From NCBI GenBank assembly GCA_964187785.1, contig OZ076409.1:57662001-57726000 (forward strand): a stretch of 64,000 bases of DNA. Reading direction: 5' to 3'. Below the pieces are notes generated by a model. That model worked only from the letters and a program-made list of their open reading frames with translations, had not been told where the DNA came from and made no database searches. This document shows positions 1 to 13,453 of this stretch, piece by piece; position 1 is the stretch's first letter, and every line of letters starts with the position of its first letter. The translations under genes and the position numbers were made by a program. The stretch comes from Amphiscolops sp. MND2022. Taxonomy: Eukaryota.

Positions 1-555
1 GTTCCGTGGGCGTCTTGTATGGTAATTGTTTCGTCGTATTGATTAGAATAACAGCGTTCACCAAAACATATCATTCGAATTATTCAATTATTTAATTATT
101 AAAATTAGATCTTAAGAACAAGTTTCATTTTGACACCAAGACAGAGAAAAATAGTTAATTGCATTCAATCAACTCATCAAGACGCTCATCGAGCAATGGT
201 ATATTTTCAGTCCTACCGGTAGAACTACTTACTGGGGCTTTACAATACAATTCAAGCTTGTTCCAGGGGGAATTTTTGCTTTTTTTGTCAGAAAATTATC
301 AAAAACTCTTGGTAATTTTTGCTTTAAGTGTCAAAACAACTTCGTGTTGGGGGGACAAGAAACAATGCGTATATGGGGGTTTTTTGAGGTTGTTTTTTGG
401 GGTGGTATAAGGTCCGAAACTTTTTCTCTCAAAAATATAACTAAAGGTAGTCAATGATAGTAATAATTGCACAATTATCGATAATTATTAAGACTCAATA
501 ATAAGACGATTCCTAATAGATTAAAGAAAAAGCGACGTTTCATAGAACGTAATCA

Positions 556-675
556 CCGACGACGAAATTTCCGACGACGAAATTTCCGACGACGAAATTT
601 CCGACGACGAAATTTCTTGCGACGAAATTTCTGACGACGAAATTTTTGACGACGAAATTTCCGACGACGAAATTT
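556..675. repeat. 15-bp tandem repeat (CCGACGACGAAATTT) x8
   Basis: Eight units read directly, three with 5' substitutions; resembles the subterminal arrays of MULE/foldback-type elements. Confidence 0.9.
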
Positions 676-791
676 CTGGTAATCAAAGAAAAACACCGAT
701 TTGTAAATGCGGACAAGGTAATCGATTTTGAATATAGAAACAGAATAGTCGTTTTGAAAGAAGACGGAAAAAGTAAAACATGACCGCAGTG

Positions 792-1627
792 TTATTAGTA
801 GGCGGTTTTCGAAGAAAAGAACTTCATACGGCACTGGCTTTTTTGAGACCAGGCAATAGAGATTTCAATCAGCAATGCTGCAAGTTAGTACACTCGAAAT
901 GGGCTAACGGCCACTTGACCCAGTGGGTAACGCAGATTTTCTGTTCGGGTGGCAAGGTCCGAGAGGCAGGGGTACGTGGTTTCAATTCTCGCTGTGAACC
1001 AAAATCTTTAATGCTGGCATACGTTGAGGGAAGACTAAAGGCTCCCCCTTTCGGCTTTTTCGGCACTATACGACTTTTTATCTAATGTGTTTTTACGGAA
1101 CTACCCTCTCTCGAGTTTTAGAGTTTTAGCAGAAACAAAAGCGTTCGGCGAGCATAAAAAGACCAATTTCAATTTTTCGGCATTACGCGACTTACCGAAG
1201 AAAAAAACTGATAAAAAACAATTTTCAAGTTTTATGTGAAAACACCGTTTTCTGAGTCTCAGGGGTGACCTCTTTGATTTTTTCTTGTCGATCGAATGTG
1301 CGTTTTTCAATGATTGTGGAAATGATCTACGTTTTTTGACAATAAGTGACTTTTCTTCGAAACTACTTTTCTTTGGTCAAAGGCAGTATGAGACTTTTTT
1401 GGAAGCAAGAATAATTTATAAAAAATTAATAATTTTGAAAAAAAATCAGTCTTTTGATGTTTGCAGTTGGGGAAGAAAAGCGGTTTTTGAGTCTTATGGG
1501 TGTCCCTCCGGGTGTTTTTCCGGCACTGTAAATTTGATAACATTCTCGCAATAACACTCTTTGCATATTTAACTCGATTTTTGTGAACCTTGAGTGGCGC
1601 GCCGGCTTGGGCACTTCCTGGCTTCTT
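792..1627 (+). mobile_element. Decayed copy of Helentron/Helitron2-like non-autonomous family A
   Basis: Degenerate 5' end (ttattagtaggcggttttc) and 3' end (ggcgcgccggcttgggcacttcctggcttctt); internal tRNA-like segment near 910-995. Confidence 0.5.
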
Positions 1628-2057
1628 CTTAAAAAACAATAGTAGTTTTTTGAAGAAAAACAAGCTTTTCTTAACTCCTCTGAAGCATTTTGAAGTATAA
1701 TTAGCTTACCACATTTGAGACGAAAAACCAAAAACATTGTATCATGAGTAAAATGTCCGATATAGCAAATTTCTCAATGCGGCATTTTTTTAAATTTTGA
1801 ATTTGTAGTTTTGTAATGAAAAGGCTCTTACTTATTCTAATAATTATTCTAATAAACTTTTTGATTATTGCGCGTACTTGTGTAAAAAGCCATATTGTCG
1901 CATTACAAAAATCAACTGTTACTCAGTTTCCAAAATCAGCGGTTTTGTCCGCTGCCAAAAAAAACAGCTTCGGTTTTAAATATTGCTCTTTTTTCATCAA
2001 AGACGAAATATGCTTAGGGCTCCAAATGTGCTGCTGATCTCTTCCAGTGGGGTATCT

Positions 2058-2143
2058 ATGTCTCTCGTAATTCCGGACATTTCAGTCTTGGGCATGACAC
2101 GTGTCATGTTTAAGACTGAAATGTCCGGAGATAAGCGAGACAT
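2058..2143. repeat. Near-perfect 86-bp palindrome centred on CACGTG
   Basis: tccggacatttcagtctt..catgacac|gtgtcatg..aagactgaaatgtccgga arms pair with no spacer. Confidence 0.85.
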
Positions 2144-2462
2144 TTTCAACGCAAAAAAAAAGAGAAAAACGGTAGAGCTTTTCCAACAAACACGTGATGT
2201 CAGTGGCAAAACCGAAAAATTCAATTAATTGAGCGAAACATCGACTCGGTTTTTCGAGTATCTGGTAACTGTAACAACCATTTTTCAAGAATCCAATTAC
2301 CCACATTAACTTAATGGCTTGCACGGATATATTTTGTTGAGGAAGTTCTCTTAAAAGTAGAATTGCCTTTTAGGAGAGAGCTCTGTGACAAATTAGCTTC
2401 TCGGTTCAATTAGCAAAGCACTCGATGCTTACCAAACTTCGTTTTCCCCAAGAAAATGAACA

Positions 2463-3270
2463 CCCATGTTGAGTTTTCCTTGAGAATCTGTAAAGATCTG
2501 TGAGCCAATTTTCCTTGAGGATCTGTAAAGATCGTGCCACTGCTACGTAAGGACAACTGCAGATCTGCAAGGATCTTTACAGAAGTTCAAAGATTTTCTG
2601 TACAGATTTCTCAGGAAATTTTTTCCGGAACTTTTAGTGAAACTATGCATTTCATTTTTTAGCTTCTTCGGTAGATATTTTTGCTGACCAAGGCTCAGTC
2701 AGTTGAAACTCTCCATCACTCAAAATTCTTGAGCAGGAAATGTTTTCCCCATCACGGTAATATTGGTGTCTGGGGAATGTTCGGTGTTGGTTATACACTG
2801 TAATTTATCCATTTCACTTGAACTTTCCAGTAGTGGTTTTTCAACTTTGTGAGGCTCGTTTGCCATATTGACTTCGTTTTGACGGATGAGATTTGACATG
2901 TGACAACCTTCTGGGTTGGTAGAGGTGTTGATAGAGTGCTTTGGTTGTAATATTTCGGGAACATGGTTTGCTGGAGTGGTTTTTGTAATTGCTGGAAACT
3001 CGGAATACATTATAGTAATTTATTGGTATGGTTAATTTTCAACAAATCCTGGAATATCTGCAAGGATCTGTACAGATCTGTACAGATTCGCACAGAAACT
3101 TTTTTAAAACTTCAAATAAAAGGCGTGTTTTTTTTCGTAGAGCACTTTTTAACCAACTAATTTCTTTTTCGAAAACTGAATTTATGACTATTCAATTTTC
3201 GAACAATCCTGGAATATCTGTCAGGATCTGTGCAGATCTGTACAGATTCGCACGGAGTGCTCAACATGGG
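2463..3270. mobile_element. Non-autonomous CCC...GGG TIR element (CMC/EnSpm-like), 2-bp TSD CA
   Basis: TIR CCCATGTTGAG / CTCAACATGGG, CA on both flanks, subterminal (a)ggatctgtacagatctg-type repeats in both arms. Confidence 0.7.
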
Positions 3271-5672
3271 CAGGAATTGAAGGCATAATAGCTCTTGTTT
3301 GGAGTAGTTATAACAGTAGTTATCACCCGATCCATTACAGAGTCTTTTTCCTGTATATTGGCAAACTATCGTTAACATCAGATATTTCTAACCCAACAAG
3401 AAGCCCGTATATTGATGATGCTGACGTAACAACTATCATATTCATTTTAATTACGTGATTTTGTACATCCATTTTTGGTATCTTTGAGATGCAAGTGTAA
3501 CCATGTGAACAAGAAGTCAATTAGGAAAAACTGAAAGCAGCTCGCTCATTTTAGAGCTGATTTGGTTCAAGTTCTAAAGTGATTCTATTTAAAAATTAAT
3601 TTTGACAAACATTAGAGGTTGTAATTTGCTTCTTTTTTGAAAGTTTAAATTTATTTATAAAGTAGAATTTTTTCTAAAAACGGCCGACATTATTTTGGTA
3701 TTACCGGCACAAATTTCATGATTTCCGGCATGCTTAGAAAAGGTAAAACAGTTCACAATCAAAACCTACAAATGTAACACAAGATGCTTGAAAAAATAGC
3801 CCGATAAGTAGATTGAAAAAACATTACAATTATTCGAAATTGTTTTTATTTGCCACTTTAGCGCCTGTTGCTATCATCGTTATCAGTTGACAGGAAAAAC
3901 AATTTTTTATATCACTAATTTCAGTCTATTTTGAAACGAAATGATCCTTTGAAAAAAGCTGCTTCTTTATAAAGCAGAGTTTACTTTTCCCGAGATTTTA
4001 ACTTCTGAAAACGCCGCACTTCTCTTCAAAAAACTCTGAAGGCTCAAAATAATTCAAACTTATTGTTCAACATGAAGTACCAAAATAAATAATCCAAATC
4101 TGTATACCAATTTTTGCGGTATTTTCACTGCTCCGAAAAACCCTCTTGACGCCAATAAATTTTGCTGTTTTAGGTCTAAATGCTTTGTGTGAAATGATTT
4201 CCAAATGATGATAGCGTATGAATTGTAAAATTGATGAAAATCATTTTTATCAATTGTCCAGTATCAATGAGAAAAGAGCCCAATAGCTCTTTGACTTCTC
4301 ACGCATTTTTTGACAACTTCAACCCAGTGAAGCTTCAGCACAGTGCAAAAAGATCTTGAAACTATATCATTTAAAATTTGATTCATTCCAAATGTTAGTA
4401 AAGATTGTGTGACTTTTCAGTAACAAAAATATAAATCATATAAAGCGTTTTTTGGTCGATTTAAAAACAGCACTTTTGATTGTGTACAGTTTCATGCTCA
4501 AGCAACAAAATGGAATTTTCCAAAACGTTCGAATAACCTAGAAATATACAGCGCCTTCCATAACTGGACACTATCCGTAGTAGTCGTGTTTTGATGTAAA
4601 ATATTTTTGTGTGACGAATATGACTGCTACTTAGACTTTGATTTGAAAATTGTACTTACAGCGTACAAGTCATGTGAGTTTTGGCATGTTTTACAAGTTT
4701 GATTTGCATCAGCTTTTTAGTCGTCATTAACCTTGGGAATTTACCTCGAGGCTAACTGGAAAATAGTTTATTTAGATACAATATCTACATTTTTTCCAAG
4801 GAGGCGCTAAATAGTATTTTAATGAGCCTCACTTAGGTCTATTTTGAAAAATTATATGAACTAGGAGAACTGGATAACGATCACTTAGTAACTTCAATTT
4901 CCCCGCTAATTTGTTGATTAACCACTAATTGATTCCACGCTTGGCGATATTGCGAAAACATCGGGCGAACTTAATTCTTTCTGCTCCTGAGAGCAATGTG
5001 AAAATGAACGCTCAAAAATAAACAAACTGTGTCCATCAAAAAATACAATAATTGTGAACTGTTTATTAGCTTGTTTAAAACTTCGATCTTGGGAAAAAGT
5101 TCTGCCGATTCAGGAAGAGAATAGAAAACACAAAAAATTTCAAACTGTAACAAGACGCCCGGAATATTTTCCGCTTCAACTGAGCCATATATGGCCACGG
5201 TGCTCAGCCAGGGTGCTAAGCTATAGCTATTTTACTTGCTTGACTATTTTAGAAATAGTCAAGTAGTGGATGAAGATCGTGGAGATTTGGCAGAATTTTG
5301 AAAAAAAAAACGCAACACAGATTATGATTTTACAGCCCCAATATATGTGGGCAGAAAATAATAAAACAAAACAGTAATCACTGCATTAGGTTATTTCATG
5401 ACTAATTCTATTCATCAGTAATGAATATCTCCTTATGTGCAAAGGAGAAGCTTGAAGGACTAGCGTCAGCGCATTTCACAATTACAAATTTTTCAATTTC
5501 AAAGCATAAACAGTGTATTCCCTGCTTTAAAATCAACATGTACATGCATAGCGTTTTAAGAATCATGCCTGTGCATGCATGGCGCTTCTCATGAATCATG
5601 CATGGTGATTGCTGTTAATCATGTATGGTCATGCATGGTGGTCGTCATGAATCATGTCTGCTCTTTGCTTAC

Positions 5673-5826
5673 CTGGTTGTGAGGTCCGCGACCCTCCTTG
5701 CGCCAGATGGTGAGCATGGGCAATGATATGACGACACTTAGCACCCACACGACACAGATCAGCTTCCAGATGAGACATCTCGTTCGCTGCAGCCCGTAGT
5801 CGAACGGCCGAGATATGGCCCAATAT
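5673..5826 (-). CDS. Aminergic GPCR, 154-nt exon encoding ICL2-TM4-ECL2
   Basis: ttgttgtttAG acceptor, GTAAGC donor; the first base completes the Arg of DRY: (R)YWAISRPFDYGLQRTRCLIWKLICVVWVLSVVISLPMLTIWRKEGRGPHNQ (W4.50, SLP). Confidence 0.92.
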
Positions 5827-8309
5827 CTAAACAACAACAGGACATGGATATCTTCTTACGAGACATAATTGACATACTTGGAATCATTTGAAACAATTTC
5901 TCAGAAGAAAAACTACCAAAAATTTCGAATCTGACAAAAGATTCATTTTAAATAAATAATCTAAATTGTGAAAATACTGAAATTATCAATTCCCTTGCTA
6001 CCGGAATCGTATAGTGAAATGAGAGCCTTGAATTTGCAATCAGATGTTTTCGACGAGTTTTCCTAGATTCATGAAGCTTATATATAATTATTTTTCGGCA
6101 CCATTCTTCATATGTGGAAAAGTGAGAAATTATTTTCCGTCCCAATTTTTCATATTTGGAAACGGAAAATGAATAAGCCGACAGCGCTCTTTTTGCCCAA
6201 GATTTCTGTGCTTTAATTTTATATTCGAAAGAATGTGTCGTCCCATAGTTCAGAACGGAACATATCACCTGTGTCCAGTGGCCATCTTGTTTTAGGTTAA
6301 TTTTGGTTGAAATATTTTGATAATGATCCTTTCAAACTTCATTTCTATAAAACAGAAGCTCATCAGCGACAAAAGAAATTGAAATGCTCTGGATAGTGAA
6401 CATTTGGATATCTTATTGTCGTAAATTCATCAATGATTGTATTTTTTTTCAAAAATGAGCTCACATTGTCAGTTCATTTTCAACCAGCTAAAATTTTAAT
6501 ACATAAAAGCCTAGTTTATGCGCTGAAAATGGCTCGAATGGAATCTTTGAATTTGAAAACCAATTCTTTTTAAATTAAAATGCAATTCAATTTACATGGT
6601 TCAAAGACAACGTAGTGTTGATTGAATTTACCGTTTAAACTTTCTCAAAGATAGTAAATTGCCGAAGCAAGATTGTCGCAACAAAAACATGCCGCAATCG
6701 CTGTGGATTTGTGCTTGAATCCGGAGGGCGGGTCGCCATGTCACTCCGGCTAGTCTAGAGTCCAGATATGTCAACATGATTGTCTGGACTTGCATCCAAT
6801 TTGACTACTTTGAGTGCTGCGACTTATAAACGCAATATATTTTAATTTCAGTTGCTTTGTTTGAACAGACAAATGTATTTGCTTTCGAATAACTCGATTG
6901 AATGAATCGAGGATTTGAATGTTTTTACTGAACACTGCAAAAGAGTCATTTTGAATTATGGTAATTGACCAAGCTCTGGCATTGACGCCCCAGGGTAATC
7001 TGCCTTCATACCTTAGGTGGTCCAAATCCTAATTTCCATACTCCCAAATTGAGGGGGACTCCAATCTATGAGGGGAGAAGGGGTGTTAAGGGTAAAAAGG
7101 AAGGAAAATTATCTTCACGGCAACATTGAAAATCTCAGCTATTACCAAAGGGGTCAGTTTCTGTGACAATGACGTAATTGCCATTAATAGTAATTCTCGA
7201 AAGCCTTCAAATTTCAAGATAATGATTTTCCATTCAGGCACACATTTGCGCACAGCAGCGAACCTTCCGTTTAATGAGGAAAAAGTTCGGAAAAAATGAG
7301 GCGAGACAGTTTCCAACCAGTCTAGACCCATTAAAAAGTGGAGTTTTATCATTTTCCATTTAGTGTTGCAAGACTGTAACTAAGTAAATCTGGTTAATGC
7401 AAAATCCATCTATCAGTTAGCAAAGTCCGCAAATATCTCCTGTTTGATAGAAAACCCGCCTCTATTTCGATAAGAAGCAGGAGCATTTATGTATCTGACT
7501 CTCTTCGTCATTAAATAACTAGATTTTTGATGACTGGTGTCGCGATGGAGCTGTTTCTCAAATATTAAACTCAAGAAATTCGCAAAATAAAAATCAGCGT
7601 TGAGACCTTTTTGACCTTGAGCAGCACCAGTGTAGCAACCGGAACTGTTTCTGCGAGAATCTTACTGATAATCGAGCTATCAGATATTCGCAAGCTTTTT
7701 AAATTCAGACAAAACATGTCACTATCTTTCTGATCAAATGCTGCAAACTTAAAAGGACTTGATGTTTCGCGCAAGATTCTTCCAAAATCAGACACTACTT
7801 GCAAGAATTGTCTCGAATTTGTTAGAATCAGGTTTTTTAAAGTGCACAATTTTTTCCATAGTTCATTCACAATCCTGTAAGGAATCTGCATTGTCTTTGC
7901 AAGATTCGGGCACAAAAAATCTAAAATCTTTTAGTATGGGAACCCTTTATTGTTTAAAAAAGACGCGGAAGTTTTTCCCAGTGCGTCCTAGTGGAGAATC
8001 ATTAAAATGTCCCAGGCAATTCAACAGTTGCCTGGAAAATTGTTTTTATGAAATCTAGATTTTTTTTTTTGGAAATTAAACTGATCTGAATAACAGAATC
8101 ATTGCAATATTTTCGAGTATAAATCATTACTTTATGATGAACCACGTGGAAGAATCTGAACAAAAGAAGCGGAAAAATGCATTACAGTGAACTTTCTGAG
8201 ACGACTGCTTCTGAAAGTGGCTTATATCAGTCTCGAACATGAAAACTATTCATGATTGCTTTCGGCGCGGCCTTTTAACCTATCTTCATCCAGCAAAACG
8301 TTTTACATT

Positions 8310-10744
8310 ATTGACATGTTTAGATCACATAATAACCAGCTATCCAGTAAATACCAAAACCCTTAAACTTACCATATCCGATCATTATGCCGTTGAAATG
8401 GAGTTAGAGTTTTGCTCTGCCATAAACAAAACGGACGACATTATCTTAAAAACTAGATGCTTGCAAAATCTCAAAGGGCAAAAGCACTTAATTTTCTTTT
8501 TCTCTTGGATCAAAAATTGCGTTTGATTGACGAAACATGTGAAGATAATGAACATGCGCTGAAAATAACACAAGCTATCCAATCCTGCGTTAACCGTTTT
8601 GCACCGGAAAAAACTAGAAAATTCAAGCAAGGAACATGGATAACATGCAAAATCAAAAATCAAATGAGACGAAGGGATAAGCTTTTCCAACGAGTGATCT
8701 GCAACCCAACTGAAAAAAATAAAGAGAACTATCGGAAAATCAGAAATGAGGTTACACATTCCATCAGATGTGCAAAGCAAGACTATAAATATGAGAAACT
8801 AGGAAAAAAATCCGTCGATGAAAAAATTTTATCAAGTTTTGAAAAATGAGAAACATAATTACCAGCCACCTCTCAAAACCCCGAATGCTGAAACGTTCAA
8901 ACAATATTTCAGCAAGATTGGAGAAAAACTGGCAAAAACATAAACAAAAGGAGCCTCGGAAAATTGAGCGAATCCAACCGACAATGTTCCTAGCATACAC
9001 AAATGAGCACGAAATAAAGGAGATTTTGGAGAATCCTAAACCAAAACAGAGCACTGGTCATGATGAGATCAGCAATGAAATACTTAAATGCTGTTCGCCA
9101 ATAATCGAAAAATATTTAACAACTTTATTCAACAGATGTATAGAGGACCGAACAATTTCGGAAAAAATGAAAATTGCTAAAGTAATCCCGTTCTTCAAAA
9201 ATGGTGACAATAATCAACCTGAAAACTATCGACCTATCAGTCGTTTCACCGCAATGAGCAAAATATTCGAAAAATTGCTTTTGAAAAGAATGTCAACGTT
9301 TGAGTCCAAGCACAAAATACTGACCCCTAATCAATTTGGTTTCAGAAAAAATTACAACTGCACAAATGCAATCACTGAACTAACTGAATATATAGGACAA
9401 AAAATTGATAAACGAAATCGAGGTTCTCTTTGCTTCATTGATTTGAAAAAAGCATTTGACACTATAGATCATGAAGTACTATTGCCAAAACTGGAAATGT
9501 ATGGATTCTGTGGACCCATTTTCCATGTTATCCAAAACTATTTACAGAATCGCAATCAGTATGTCTTTCATCAGGGTAAAAATTCTTCATCATCAACAGT
9601 AACAACCGGAGTGCCATAGGGGTCTATTCTAGGCCCTTTTCTTTTCTTACTGTACATTAACGATTTACCGGACTGTATTCCAGTAAGTCGGATTGCATTG
9701 TTTGCTGACGATACCTCCCTGTACAACTTTGGACCTAAAGCAATTGAAGAAATTTGCAACGATGTTAAGACAGCGAGAAGCTGGTTCAAAGACAATAAAT
9801 TGACCATTAACACCGATAAATGCGAATTATTAAGCTTTGGAACTAGTGAACCTTTCCCATTCAAGGCTTTCGGTGCAGAAATTCGCTCGCAGACTCATTG
9901 CAAATACTTAGGTGTTTTTCTGGACGCTAAACTTACTTTTAAGAAACACATAGAGCACGTGACAAAAAAACTGAATAAGTTTTGTGGAATAGTATATAGG
10001 ATCCGCGACCGTTTTGCGCAGAAAACTCTTATCTCTTTTTTTACGCTTATGCTCAATCAGTAATTACATATGGTCTCATCAACTATGGATCTACTTATAA
10101 AACGAACCTTGAACCTATCCATAAAGCGCAGCGAAGAATTTTCCGGGCTTTTTTCTACGGACGACAATGGGACACTCTACAAGACCTTTACACGAAACAT
10201 AAACTTCTCAATGTCTACGAAATGTTCAAAGGCGAAGTGGTGAAAGAGGTTTTCAAACAATTACGACTCGAGTCACCCAGGGTATACCTTGATACAAGTT
10301 TAAGTGGTCATGACTACAACACCAAAAGAAAACAAAAAGGACTGCTACCTTCTACATACAACAGACTGGTCCTAAAACAGCGAAGTTTAACTAATGTACT
10401 CAGAAAAGCCTACAATTGGCTTCGTTTACTCAATTTACTTCCTCCGGACTTTAGGATTGTTACTGCGGAGCAAGTCAATAAAATTGTAAGAAACATAAAT
10501 GAAGTCTACGTAATTGATAACAAGGAACTATTCGAACTCTTTTTCTAATTTCACAAAACCTGAAAACTTATTGCGAAATAAAAAAACGACGCTTGTTGTT
10601 CACAGAAAATTGGTTCTCTTGGGCAAAAGTTCGACGAGCTGGAAAGCTCTTCTTTTGTCCTTTTCTAAAAGATATCTATAACGTTAGTTTATAGTGTAAC
10701 TTTTAGAATAAATAAACTATTCTATTCTATTCTATTCTATTCTA
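8310..10744 (+). mobile_element. 5'-truncated, decayed non-LTR retrotransposon (CR1/L2-group LINE ORF2 plus 3' UTR)
   Basis: APE C-terminus (CLDHII..SDHYAV) and RT motifs (NYRPIS, QFGFRK, FIDLKKAFDTIDH, GVP*GSILGP, FADDT, KYLGVFLD) split by frameshifts and a stop at 9617-9619; AATAAA at 10707 and 10711, then (CTATT)n tail 10717-10744. 5' boundary approximate. Confidence 0.93.
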
Positions 10745-12443
10745 ATTGTTTTTTCCATGTAAGAAAAGAAAGTAGGAAAAATTAGGGACGCTGTTTGCGT
10801 TCAGAGATAAATTATTATTATAGAGCACAGTAATCAACTAATCAAGAAAAAATCCAAGAAAACTTTAAAAGCCAATTTCGATACATGTATTGCAGTACTC
10901 ATAGACTCAAAAGAGTGGGCATTTTTCTGATTCGAACAGATTTTCAGCTAGGAAAATTTAGTAACTTCGGCGTATTTCAAGAACTCCATGAGAAAATATT
11001 TCCAAGAAAATTTTAGTCCAATCAACTTTGCAAAACTCAAATTCCAAATAATCGTTCCCAAAATTTGCAATTATCATTTGTTTCAACATGATCAAAGATT
11101 TGGCTTTTGTTAGCAATTGCTTTTGTCAACTAAGTGGATGTCCGAAAAAAATTAATATTTACCTTTTATTTTTCGTTTTCTCTAGAAATAACAAATTTCC
11201 CTTTTAGAAAGTGATCTTTATACTAGTTTCTGTCAGAAGCTACTAGAAGCCCTTGTGAAAAGCTGGAAAGTACTTTCCTCTTACCTAAGATGTTAACGCG
11301 AGCTTCTTTCCATGGTGAGTGAGTTCTATTGCATGTTCGTGGATATGAGTCCTGCACTATTCCAATTTTTAAATGCTTGACAAGGTAGAAAAAACACCAG
11401 AGTAACGTTTTGGGGCTTTTCGGCATTGAGCGACATTTTTGCATAGGAAGTGTGTGGGGATTGTTTGAGACTAATTTTGGACTTTTTATCGTCTCAAATT
11501 GCACAACAAAAATGCCGTTTACAGAATTCGAATTGGTCACGTCATGCACTTTTGGTTCCACACTTGGCCAGGATGTGTGTGAGGTTCGGCTTGATCAGCG
11601 TGGATGTTTTTTTTTCCAATTTGAACTTCAATATAATCATTTTTGTTAAATCATGCAAAAACAAAAACTCCTCATAACCAATTTAATAGAGGTAATTCCG
11701 AATTATAAGTGATATTGTGAAGTCGAAGTCAAGTCGAATACCTTTTTCTAATTGCTATTCTGGAAGTCTATGTGGTTGACTGTTTGACCTAGTTTTCAGA
11801 TCAGTAGATGTATTTTTAGCTTGAAATTTGGGAGGTTTTTCTGTCAAACAATTGAGTTCTGAGAGTTTCTGATTGTCTTCCTGAAGACGTGTTAGCAGAA
11901 TTTACGAAAAAAAACCACAGTACTGCAGTACCTCTTGCTTGTATTGGTGACTATTTAAGAGGTGTTTGGGTTTGAGTATTGTCTTTTTGGGCAACTGATT
12001 TTTGGAACGCTACTATACAAGCAAAAGGTAAATCCTAAAAAGAGTTCGAACGTGCAGTTGCCTCCAATCGTTCCCTGTCTTTTACTGTCAAAAGCAACGG
12101 GCATTTTGCTTAATCCAGAACTACTTTTCAAACGTTGCCAAGTAATAGTCAGCTTGTAGCAAAACATTCAATTTCCAGAAAAGTGACGTTGAATCAAGTC
12201 AGTAGGTCATGAGCTAAATTAACTTGGTCTGCACATTTAAATCATGATGAAAGTACTTTCTGAATGTCGTCTCAGCTCCTGAGCTAAGACTCTAGTCATC
12301 GAAACTAGAATTTAGGCTAATTCCCACATTCTGCACCACTATTCAGAAAAAATAACTATAAAATTGTTCAATATGTTCAATTAGATTGCGAGGGTACCGT
12401 ACCGATGACACCTGTAAATTGAACCCCATTGAGTGATTTCGCA

Positions 12444-12776
12444 CCCTAGCCGAGATTGTCTGAACTTTTTACATGCTGCATGGAAACTTTGAAACTTATA
12501 ATGTGACTGAAATTTGTTTGCATTGAAAGCGGTAAAATCAAATAAGGTCTCAGCTGCTTTTAAAATTAGAACGGCGTCTTAATGAAACCTGAAAAACGTC
12601 GCGGCGCAGAATTGCCGCCAAATTTAGGATGCATTTTATAGGCAGCTTGATAAAATTAAATCGAATCAGTGAAGATTTAATGCATGGTCATTTCTTTGAG
12701 AATTTTATAAAATCATGGAAAATTAGCTTGGTAACCTACAAAAACATGTAAAAAGGTCAAGCAGTTCCAACCAGGG
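12444..12776. mobile_element. CCC...GGG MITE, internally deleted copy, CA/CA flanks
   Basis: Ends ccctagccgagattgtctgaactttttacatg / catgtaaaaaggtcaagcagttccaaccaggg; near-identical to 59027-59575 minus an internal block. Confidence 0.8.
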
Positions 12777-12833
12777 CACCTAATTCACATGTTCGCATTT
12801 TTTGCGCTGCTGTCCGAGTTCCCAACTTTATTC

Positions 12834-13453
12834 AACCAGAGCGAGCCGCATATGCGGTAAAGGAGTCGGCTTAGGTCTTTTTCCTTCTGACTCGCTCCAA
12901 TCCCAGAATCATACGAATTTATTGAAATTGCATACATAGGACCATACTATGGTGTAGAACGACTGTAGAAAATTTCGTTCGAATCGTATGGACAGGTTTT
13001 GAGAAAACCGAAAAAAAATCGAAAATTGACTGGTTTTGGCCATTTTTGGGCTAAATTTGGCTATGTTTCTCACATCCCAGCCATATGATTTTGATGCCAT
13101 TGCACACGTAGGACTCTAATCTGTAGTAGAATGATTTTAGAAAATTTCGTTCGAATCGTATGGACAGTTTTTGAGAAAATCGAAAAAAGTCGAAAAATGG
13201 CTATTTTTGGGCGAATTTTAGCCATTTTTGGGCTAATTTTGACTATGTTTCTCACATTCCAGTCATACGATTTTGACGCCTTTGCGCACGCAGGGGCCCC
13301 TTTGGGTGTAGAATGACTGTGCAAAATTTTATGAAAATCGTATGGACAGTTTTTGAGAAATTTGAAATTTCCATGAAAAGGTCGGGAGAAAAATGAACAA
13401 AAAAAACAACACGATTGCATAAGTAGTCGAAAATTTTTTCCGACTCCTAAAAA
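12834..13453 (-). mobile_element. Helentron/Helitron2-like non-autonomous family B
   Basis: Minus strand starts TTTTTAGGAGTCGG with a 5' hairpin and ends CCGACTCCT-tta-CCGCATATGCGG(palindrome)-ctcgctctggTT; internal duplicated block; second copy at 25620-26199. Confidence 0.65.

Noticed and set aside
556..675. Possible CRISPR-like array (also 26370-26480 and 41500-41620)
   Set aside because: Head-to-tail short repeats with no unique spacers, no cas genes, eukaryotic context.
553..834. ORF ending in (RRRKF)n, resembling a protamine-like or NLS-rich protein
   Set aside because: It is the translation of the 15-bp tandem repeat; no other coding signal.
1..5672. Next GPCR exon (TM5)
   Set aside because: No GC-rich exon with an SFYxP-type TM5 motif found; ORFs at 2720-3010 and 3335-3520 do not fit. 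It probably lies beyond the window.
7086..7915. Two minus-strand ORFs (88 and 114 aa) that might be host exons
   Set aside because: No recognisable motifs, and no place for them between the DR and YW exons of the GPCR.
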